Shown here piece by piece: positions 1 through 7,603 of a stretch of DNA of 11,494 nucleotides; position 1 is the first letter of the stretch, and every line of letters starts with the position of its first letter. The stretch lies in the NCBI RefSeq assembly GCF_006345805.1, contig NW_021826958.1, positions 1 to 11,494 on the forward strand, in the 5' to 3' direction. The notes below the pieces were generated by a model that ran no database searches, was not told the DNA's origin, and worked only from the letters and a program-made list of their open reading frames with translations. The position numbers and the translations under genes are program-made. Origin of the DNA: Octopus sinensis (lineage: Eukaryota).

Positions 1-95
1 ATATACATATATATATAACATATATATACACATACACCTACACACACAACACACACACACACACCACACACACACATATATATTATATATATATA
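1..95. repeat. Mixed (TA)n/(CA)n microsatellite, probably the internal microsatellite of the adjacent family-A SINE, cut by the window edge
   Basis: Dinucleotide runs directly abut the CCCGTCGTA motif (minus strand) that precedes the internal microsatellite in the family-A copies at 2028 and 7332. Confidence 0.85.
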
Positions 96-250
96 CGACG
101 GGCTTCTCAGTTTCCGTCTACCCAAATCCACTCACAAGTCATCCCGAGGCTATAGTAGAGGTCACTTGCCCAAGGTGCCATTCAGTGGGACTGAACCCGG
201 AACCATGTGGTTGGGAAGCAAGCTACTTACCACAAATCCACTCCTGCGCC
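94..250 (-). mobile_element. tRNA-derived SINE, family A, 5' half
   Basis: Reverse complement GGCGCAGGAGTGGATTTGTGGTAAGTAGCTTGC...GGTTCAGTCCC...ACCTTGGGCAAGTG...GACGGAAACTGAG aligns with 2028-2190 and 7332-7473; A-box-like and B-box-like motifs are present. Confidence 0.9.
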
Positions 251-261
251 TGTTACATATA

Positions 262-497
262 CAGGGTGTTCAAAACGTCTCTCCGCATGAAACATTTTAT
301 TGCAAAATAAATATTTATAAGATGGTGTAAGACTACAAAAGAATATGTTAGACTTTACAAAACTCTAAAATACTTTATAAGAGGTGTTGAAGGTGTAATC
401 CTTCATTTTTCAATGCGTAAGATGATTCTTGTACAGCTTTTGAAATATATATTGGATGAAAAAGAAATCACTATGGAGAGACTTTTTGAACACCCTC
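262..497. mobile_element. Non-autonomous Tc1/mariner-type MITE (236 bp)
   Basis: 23-bp terminal inverted repeats: CAGGGTGTTCAAAACGTCTCTCC (262-284) versus the reverse complement of 475-497, GAGGGTGTTCAAAAAGTCTCTCC (21/23 match). TA flanks both sides (260-261, 498-499); interior is AT-rich and non-coding. Confidence 0.85.
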
Positions 498-1079
498 TAC
501 TTTTCTTGAATAATAATAGGTTATATTTTCGTTTGCCTTCCATTATGGTGTTTATTTAACTTATTATATACGTTGGGAATACAAGACATTGTCAATAAAA
601 TAATTTATTTACTCATATTTTCTTTAATTTTCGTTCAAGTTTGTACGATCATTTCCCAATTTCACAAGAGAAAAACTAAATAAAAATAAACCGGGACGTT
701 ATTTAGCTGATAATCTCAAACACCAATTTATAACTTGTACGATCGACAACAAATTGATACGATTAAAAATCGAACACTAAATTTATTTTAAATTCAAACA
801 TTATTTTTTAAAATCTAGAAAATGAATTTAATATAATGTCGATTTTAGTTACGTGATATAAAGAAACCACTGCGGTAATAGAAACGGTTATATTACCGAT
901 AGAACTTTCAAAGAAAGTAGAGAATTCAACACTGAAAAGATAAGAATTCAAAAATGTAATGAAAAGAAAAATAGCGAAAGATAATATGCTAAAGAGTATA
1001 AAGCATAGTAAGAAATAATTGTAAAAATAGAACAAAAACAATAATAAACACAAATACACTGCTATTGCTATTACTGTAT

Positions 1080-1090
1080 TATTATCATTA

Positions 1091-1169
<79 letters not shown>

Positions 1170-1271
1170 TTTATTATTATTTTTATTATTATCATTATTA
1201 TTATTATTATCATTATTATTACTATTATTATTATTATCATTCTTCTTCGTCTTCTTCTTTTTCTTCTTCTT

Positions 1272-1302
<31 letters not shown>

Positions 1303-1356
1303 TTATTATTATTAATATTATTATTATTATTATTATTACTATTATTATTATTATTT
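1080..1356. repeat. Compound trinucleotide microsatellite (ATT)n-(CTT)n-(ATT)n
   Basis: ATT runs at about 1080-1240 and 1301-1356 flank a CTT run at about 1241-1300; this explains the poly-Ile/Leu and poly-Asn/Lys ORFs. Confidence 0.97.
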
Positions 1357-1408
1357 CGGCTTAAATCATATGATGGCCAAAGTTGAAATTCGGGTAAATG
1401 CGTATGAA

Positions 1409-1484
1409 TGTATATGTGTGTATATGTGTATGTGTGTGTACGAGATTTTTGTGCGTGTGTATGTGTGTGCGCGCGTGTGTGTAT
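1409..1484. repeat. Imperfect (TG)/(TA) microsatellite
   Basis: Interrupted TG/TA dinucleotide runs are directly visible. Confidence 0.8.
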
Positions 1485-1711
1485 AAAAGTGTCGAAAAGA
1501 AAAAAGAAAAGAACTAATGGTAGTGAGGCATATATAAACATGACAAACACCTGGTGATGAATAGAAAGACAAGGAGAGATTAAGATGAGCGTGAATAGGG
1601 AAGGGTGGAGGTATCAAATTAGAAAATTGAAATGGAAGGTTTGTTTCGTATATTTGAAGATGGGGAAAATAAATTGAGGCAGAAAGACAGAAACAGAAAG
1701 ATCAAGAGATC

Positions 1712-1745
1712 GAGAGAGAGAGAGATAGACAGACAGACAGACAGA
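1712..1745. repeat. (GA)n-(GACA)n compound microsatellite
   Basis: GAGAGAGAGAGAG followed by ATAGACAGACAGACAGACAG. Confidence 0.85.
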
Positions 1746-2027
1746 TTTATTTGTGTGCTAGTATGTGGCTACGAGAAAGAGGAGAGGTTCAAAGAGGTTT
1801 CCTGAGTGACTATCGCTAAGGCCAACATGATAATTCAATCAACTTTCCAAACTAGGAATATTTTTTTAAACGGTCAGTTTGATTTATTGACTTATTTTTT
1901 ATTTTTTTTTTTTTTCAGAAACAAAATGATTCATGATTCGTTCATCTGCCGAATATGTTTCTATACCTAAGACAAAACAGGGAGAAACATGCACAGAGGG
2001 ACTAGAACGCTGAAGAATATACACATA

Positions 2028-2432
2028 GGCGGAGGAGTGGCTGTGTGGTAAGTAGCTTGCTACCCAACCACATGGTTCCGGGTTCAGTCCCCTGCGTGGC
2101 ACCTTGGGTAAGTGTCTTCTGCTATAGCCCCGGGCCGACCAATGCCTTGTGAGTGGATTTGGAAGACGGAAACTGAAAAGACCTGTCGTATATGGTATAT
2201 ATATGTATGTGTGTGTTTGGTGGTTTGTGTTTGTCCCCTAGCATTGCTTGACACAACCCGATGCTGGTGTGTTTACGTCCCCGTCACTTAGCGGTTCGGC
2301 AAAAGATTCCGATAGAATAAGTACTGGCCTTACAAAGAATAAGTCCCGGGTCGATTTGCTCGACTAAAGGCGGTGCTCCAGCATGGCTATAGTCAAATGA
2401 CTAAACAAGTAAAAGAGTAAAGAGTAAAGAGT
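2028..2432 (+). mobile_element. tRNA-derived SINE, family A, full length with CORE-like central motif
   Basis: A-box-like TGGCTGTGTGG (2038-2048), B-box-like GGTTCAGTCC (2081-2090), ACCTTGGGTAAGT resembling the CORE-SINE domain (from recall), internal TA/TG microsatellite at about 2189-2216, and an (AAAGAGT)3 tail ending at 2432. Colinear with 7332-7851. No TSD found. Confidence 0.9.
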
Positions 2433-2476
2433 CTACGCTAGTAGACTCGCGCATCAAAATAAATTCGAATGACCAT

Positions 2477-2500
2477 TATATATATATATATATATATATA
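2477..2500. repeat. (TA)12 microsatellite
   Basis: Perfect TA run, 24 bp. Confidence 0.95.
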
Positions 2501-2705
2501 GTTAATCCAAAAAAGAAAGCACAATGAAACACAACACGAGGACGTGGAACAAATATAGTATTATTGGACGCTCATGAAAGAAGGAAAGAAGGAGGTTTTA
2601 ACGTTTCGAGCGGAGCTCTTCGTCGGAAACATAGGCGAAGGAAAGATCCAGAGAAAAGAGAAGGGAAGATAGAGGAAAAAAATCGCCAACGGTACACATG
2701 AGGTG
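2501..2705 (-). mobile_element. Putative non-autonomous Penelope-like retroelement terminus abutting a (TA)n array
   Basis: Contains a minimal hammerhead-like motif (2595-2630); the minus-strand 3' end GGATTAAC runs straight into (TA)12. The right boundary is approximate. The family assignment is inference from the known PLE-hammerhead and PLE-microsatellite associations. Confidence 0.5.
2595..2630 (-). ncRNA. Minimal type I hammerhead ribozyme-like motif (U4C variant)
   Basis: Minus strand reads GTTT-CCGACGA-A-GAGC(TCC)GCTC-GAAA-CG-T-T-AAAAC: stem I GTTT/AAAC, 4-bp stem II, GAAA core, palindromic ACGT stem III. Confidence 0.6.
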
Positions 2706-2756
2706 AGAAAGAAGAAATGACAAAGAGAAACAACGGTTATGTTATGAACTTCATTA

Positions 2757-2818
2757 TCTTTACAGCTGTTTCCGCTATAACTGAGTGCCAGAAAAACACC
2801 GTATAGCTTCATCGGAGA
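2757..2818 (-). ncRNA. Second type I hammerhead ribozyme-like motif (U4C variant, long stem II)
   Basis: Minus strand reads TCT-CCGATGA-A-GCTATA(22 nt)TATAGC-G-GAAA-CAGCTG-T-A-AAGA: perfect 6-bp stem II, GAAA core, 8-bp palindrome ACAGCTGT as stem III, GUA cleavage triplet; stem I is imperfect. Confidence 0.5.
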
Positions 2819-2910
2819 CGGATATATGAAACGCAATTTATTTTATTTAAAAAAATGATATTTGTGCAATATACAGGAAAGTAATTTCCTCTGAGAAAAT
2901 CATTGCTGTT

Positions 2911-2990
2911 TTACACACAACACACACAAACACACATACACACACACACCACATATACATATATACATATATATACAGTATGTGGTATAT
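2911..2990. repeat. (CA)n/(TA)n imperfect microsatellite
   Basis: Dinucleotide runs are directly visible. Confidence 0.85.
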
Positions 2991-3240
2991 ATAAATGGTA
3001 TATCCAAAAGGTTCTGAGGTATAAGCGTAGAAATATAAGTATATATACGCGTATGCATTTGATAAAGAGAAAAAAACAGGCGCAGATGGGCAGACACGCC
3101 TTGAAGATCATAACATAACAATCGTTTCCTATCTCGACTCTCTTCCTCATTACTGCTCTATATCCATTTAATACTTCGTTCTGAAGCAAACGTGTATTGA
3201 GTTCTACACAAGGTTATTAGGCTTCGAATCCCTAAGAGAA

Positions 3241-3294
<54 letters not shown>
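3241..3294. repeat. (AT)n-(GT)n compound microsatellite
   Basis: AT run 3241-3264 followed by GT run 3265-3294. Confidence 0.95.
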
Positions 3295-3297
<3 letters not shown>

Positions 3298-3334
3298 CAG
3301 GGAATACAGGAAGGATAACATCCTGCGTATAAAT

Positions 3335-3682
3335 ATGCGTATATATTATTCATATGTACGTATATATATGCTTATATGTATGGCAATATAGAGATGTATG
3401 TATATATATATATGCATTATAAATATATAGATTATATATATATATATATCTATATATATATTATAAATATATATATATAGTATATAATAAAAAATATAGG
3501 TGTATAACATATAATATGTACATATATTACATGCATACATATATGCATCCTTACAGCATAATTACATTCATATATACATGCATAATTACATACATATAAA
3601 CATATATACATACATACATTCATACATACATACATACATACATACATACATACACACATACATATATATACATACATACATG
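3335..3682. repeat. Degenerate (TA)n grading into (TACA)n simple-sequence tract
   Basis: Interrupted TA runs, then TACATACA tetranucleotide runs at about 3600-3680. Confidence 0.85.
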
Positions 3683-3944
3683 CATTTAGAAACAGGTCCG
3701 CCTGCAGACACACATCGAGCTTAAGCTAATGTTTTAAAATACTCGAAAAGAAGTGTTGGAGAGCAAATATATAAAACAGAGATCAGTGTATGCATTAAAG
3801 CGTTGGGAGGAAGCAATAATGGGTAATGTTTGAAACCTATGTCACAACATCTAACACACAAGCTGATAAATAGGAACATCCATAACAATGTTACTAGGCG
3901 GCCTTCTTACTAAAACGGTATCAAAGTTGATTTGGCGTGTTGTT

Positions 3945-3974
3945 TACGTGTGTGTTATGCGTATATAAGTATAA

Positions 3975-4014
<40 letters not shown>

Positions 4015-4612
4015 GTGTGTGTGTATGCGTGCGTGTGGGTATTATATACAAACATACGGGCCGGCACACATGTACCAATATGTATATGCATGGTGACACA
4101 AACATACACACACAAAGACACACACACCTATATATATAATTATATAGATAGATACATACAGGTATAGATATGTACATATATATGTGTGTAGCATATAGGT
4201 ATATAGATATATATATATATATATATATCTACACATATATGTGTACATACATATATCTATTTATAATGTTCATGTATATATATATATTATGATATGTGTG
4301 TGTGTGTGTTATGTACGAATAACTACGCATGAATCTACATACACACATGCATTCATATAGATATATATATATCTATATATATTAGATATATATGTGTGTG
4401 TGTATACATACACACACATACAAATACATATATATATATATATTTATATATATGTATAAGTCTATATATGTTTGTATGCGGGTGATTAAATGTACCTGTA
4501 TATATAAATACACATATGTATTCCTCCCTCTGTATGTGTGTATGTGTGTGTGTGTGTGTGTCTCTCACTCTCTCTCTCTGTATACTTACATACGGTGTGA
4601 CACACATACGCA
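3945..4612. repeat. Large mixed (TG)/(TA)/(CA)/(CT) simple-sequence tract
   Basis: Successive dinucleotide runs; source of the VCVC, THTH and IYIY ORFs. Confidence 0.85.
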
Positions 4613-4754
4613 TATACTTCCATATGTGGTTTCTGTTTTGCTTAAACGTACACAAACAGTCAAACGCATGTATTTGCATATTGTGTGACTGACGTGCCCT
4701 ACAATCAAATATATAATTTGTTCTATTTGCTTGTGTATTGGTATTTGTATTGAT

Positions 4755-4755
4755 G

Positions 4756-4791
<36 letters not shown>

Positions 4792-4865
4792 ACACACACA
4801 CACACACACAAACACACATACACACAAAGGCAAACCCACATATATACATTCAGACACGCACTCAC
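4755..4865. repeat. (CA)n microsatellite
   Basis: Long, nearly perfect CA run degrading rightwards. Confidence 0.92.
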
Positions 4866-5675
4866 AGAATTTTATACGCTCCCACACACATCTGTTTGTA
4901 AAAGTGTGTTTGTATGTTTGTGATTTACGACATATACCGCTAGGCGGTAAGTCAAACAATGATCACGTGTCCTAATTGCTGCCGTAGCATTTACTTTCAC
5001 CCTTTCTGTCGTTCCTTTCTTTCATTTTAGATTTTTTTATAAAATTATATACAGCTGAGTTTGCAGATCAAGTTCAGTTAAGTGAAGGAGTGGCAAGCGG
5101 CACTTTGAGGTGACGTGAAAGAAACGCGGAAGAAATTAACGCGCAAGATTTACCTTAATGTTTCGCATATCAATCAAGTCGTATTATTTGTTTTGTTATT
5201 AAAAGTAATAGTGACTAATTTTAACATATGGGAAATAACGGAGTGGATAAGTTGACTAAAGTGCTGGATAGGGGGGGGGGTCATTAACAGTTTAGCTAAC
5301 CCCTTTGAGAGCACAGAAATGATTTGAACCACACCTGCACATTGACCGAGATGACAAATTAGCGATATTTCCATCGAACTATCGCTTGTTCGTCCCATGA
5401 CACATGCACTGTTGGGTAGTCAAGTTATTTAATTCCCAGCCGATGAAATAGTTAATGCTTAGTATATGGTCTTTCATAAGTGGACCCTCATGTAGGAACC
5501 ATATTGGATTAATAGAAACAACTAGACGTAATAAAAGTCCTAATACTAATAAATCCTGGAGTGTTACCCTCTCCCGTTCACTTCATTTAGCGGGATGGTT
5601 CATTTACTCCAATAACTTTGCTGCAATTGCAGCTCCGCAGTGCCGCATTATAAGGACAACTAGTGACTTTAATAC

Positions 5676-6072
5676 TTATTTCTTTACTACCCACAAGGGG
5701 CTAAACACAGAGAGAACAAACAAGGACAGACAAACGGATTAAGTCGATTATACCGACTCCAGTGCGTAACCGGTACTTATTTAATCGACCCCGAAAGGAA
5801 GAAAGTCAAAGTCGACCTCAAAAGAATTTGAACTCAGAACGTAAAGACAGACGAAATATCTATTTCTTTACTACCCAAAAGGGGCTAAACACAGAGAGAA
5901 CAAACAAGGACAGACAAACGGATTAAGTCGATTATACCGACCTCAGTGCGTAACTGGTACTTATTTAATCGACCACGAAAGGAAGAAAGGCAAAGTCGAC
6001 CTCGGCGGAATTTGAACTCAGAACGTAACGGCAGACGAAATACGGCTACACATTTCTGCCAGTTCGCCGCCG
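5676..6072 (-). mobile_element. tRNA-derived SINE, family C, with a 184-bp internal tandem duplication (apparent dimer)
   Basis: 15-bp TSD TAGTGACTTTAATAC at 5661-5675 and 6073-6087. Two colinear units start at 5677 and 5861; the head GGCGGCGAACTGGCAGAAA is at the right end. Homologous to 6196-6430. Confidence 0.92.
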
Positions 6073-6195
6073 TAGTGACTTTAATACCTAACGAAGTAAC
6101 AGCAGTGACAACAGTGCCAAAACAAGCAGAGTGAAATCCGAAAGGTGCTTGTTTTTTCGTAACGTGCTTGTGTTATTCTATTTCTTCTGGTGTGG

Positions 6196-6430
6196 ATAGG
6201 GCGGCGAGCTGGCAGAAACGTTAGCACGTCGGGCGAAACGCTTAGCGGTATTTCGTCTGCCGTTACTTTGTGAGTTCAAATTCCGCCGAGGTCGACTTTG
6301 CCTGTCATCCTTTCGGGGTCGATAAATTAAGTACTAGTAACGCACTGGGGTCGATGTAATCGATTTAATCCCTTTGTCTGTCCTTGTTTGCTCTCTCTGT
6401 GTCTAGCCCCTTGTGGGTAATAAAGAAATG
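6196..6430 (+). mobile_element. tRNA-derived SINE, family C, full length
   Basis: 17-bp TSD TATTTCTTCTGGTGTGG at 6179-6195 and 6431-6447; A-box-like TGGCAGAAACG (6210-6220), B-box-like GAGTTCAAATTCC (6272-6284), tail AATAAAGAAATG. Confidence 0.93.
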
Positions 6431-6717
6431 TATTTCTTCTGGTGTGGTGTATATAGCTTGGAGAAAATACTTTCTATCTCAGGTATTCAACAAGCGGTAA
6501 ATGAAGCTAAGGAATTCAATTCGTAGTACTGCTGGTATTGATGATCATGTCTGATCATAACCCGAAATTCGCATGATTTACAAAATTGTTTTATCAACGG
6601 AGATGAGTCCTTGCCTGACAGTTCAATATGTGCGTATGCTAGTGAGGAACAGCATTTCTGATGTTGAGTAACACCCAGTGAAAGAAATGGAATGAAGAAC
6701 GCTGTATATGAGAACGC

Positions 6718-7093
6718 GGAGGCGCAATGGCCCAGTGGTTAGGGCAGCGGACTCGCGGTCATAGGATCGCGGTTTCGATTCCCAGACCGGGCGTTGTGAG
6801 TGTTTATTGAGCGAAAACACCTAAAAGCTCCACGAGGCTCCGGCAGGGATGGTGGTGATCCCTGCTGTACTCTTCAACTACAACTTTCTCTCACTTTACT
6901 TCCTGTTTCTGTTTACCTGTATTTTCAAAGGGCCGGCCTTGTCACTGTCTGTGTCACGCTGAATATCCCCAGAACTACGTTAAGGGTACACGGTCTGTGG
7001 AGTGCTCAGCCACTTACCGTTAATTCACGAGCAGGCTGTTCCGTGATTCGGTCAACCGGAACCCTCATCGTCGTACCGACGGAGTGCTTCCAC
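6718..7093 (+). mobile_element. tRNA-derived SINE, family B, full length (376 bp)
   Basis: 12-bp TSD ATATGAGAACGC at 6706-6717 and 7094-7105; consensus A box TGGCCCAGTGG (6728-6738) and B-box-like GGTTTCGATTCC (6771-6782). About 95% identical to the 8341-8639 copy over the first ~155 bp (8 differences counted by eye). Confidence 0.93.
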
Positions 7094-7241
7094 ATATGAG
7101 AACGCATAAGTAAGGTTTAATTGTAATCAATACACTTGTAATATATAATCACATGAACACATAAATCACAGCAATTTGCAATAATGACACAGAATGTTAC
7201 ACGCCATTCAACAAATTTGAATATACCAATGTAAACCTTAG

Positions 7242-7313
7242 CATGTAAGCGTTTGGTGGTTAGGACCCCACGTTGTGGCCGTGGTAAACCAGGTTCGGAT
7301 CCTGGTCACGGCA
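7242..7313 (+). pseudogene. trnH: tRNA-His(GTG) pseudogene with a decayed or replaced 5' acceptor strand
   Basis: Anticodon arm CCACG-TTGTGGC-CGTGG (GTG at 7275-7277), T arm CCAGG-TTCGGAT-CCTGG, 3' acceptor strand TCACGGC plus A. From 7256 on it matches the invertebrate tRNA-His sequence I recall except at 2 positions. The 5' strand CATGTAA cannot pair properly (expected GCCGTGA) and A-box positions T8 and A14 are both G. Confidence 0.85.
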
Positions 7314-7331
7314 GTCCACCATTACCTTTCC

Positions 7332-7526
7332 AGGCGCAGGAGTGGCTGTGTGGTAAATATCTTGCTTAGCAAACACATGCGTGGCACCTTGGGCAAGTGT
7401 CTTCTACTATAGCCTCGGTCCGACCAAAGCCTTTACGTGGATTTGGTAGACGGAAACTGAAAGTAACCCGTCGTATATATGTAAGTGTATATATATATAT
7501 ATATAAATATTTATATATATAAATAA

Positions 7527-7603
<77 letters not shown>

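Noticed and set aside
808-1059. 83-aa hydrophobic ORF that looks like a membrane peptide
   Set aside because: It is the antisense of an A-rich tract, which automatically gives Phe/Leu/Ile; the plus-strand frames have stops and no family is recognisable.
1065-1617. ORFs 1065-1364, 1071-1550 and 1366-1617 (poly-Ile/Leu, poly-Asn/Lys, His-Thr)
   Set aside because: Pure read-through of ATT/CTT and CA/TG microsatellites.
4935-4949. Hairpin TACCGC-TAG-GCGGTA
   Set aside because: Short, no U tract or other context, and a bacterial-type terminator is not meaningful here.
2900-4959. Cluster of VCVC, THTH and IYIY ORFs
   Set aside because: Dinucleotide repeats lack stops in several frames; there is no non-repetitive protein content.
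5055-5109. Small plus-strand exon candidate (AEFADQVQLSEGVASGTL) between TACAG and GTGACG
   Set aside because: 55 nt with only moderate splice signals and no independent support.
5174-5398. 74-aa minus-strand ORF with protein-like composition and plausible AG/GT nearby
   Set aside because: No recognisable domain, it crosses a G10 run, and a few ORFs of this length are expected by chance in several kb of unique DNA.
5440-5520. CCGATGAAATAG at about 5440 as a third C4 hammerhead
   Set aside because: No stem II can be formed with a downstream GAAA.
5620-5633. 14-bp perfect palindrome GCTGCAATTGCAGC
   Set aside because: Isolated, with no associated structure; compatible with chance.
5671-6043. 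Direct repeats as a CRISPR array or LTR pair
   Set aside because: They are adjacent SINE-derived units with no spacers and no TG...CA termini.
6119-6155. Hammerhead reading of the spacer hairpin (CAGAGTGA...CGAAA in the loop)
   Set aside because: The core is too far from CUGAnGA and there is no stem II or III; kept only as a plain hairpin.
6483-7109. Exon-like segment with a good acceptor (TTTCTATCTCAG) and donor (GTAAGG), split by the family-B SINE
   Set aside because: After removing the SINE, the best-looking frame has 6 stops in 79 codons, about the random rate.
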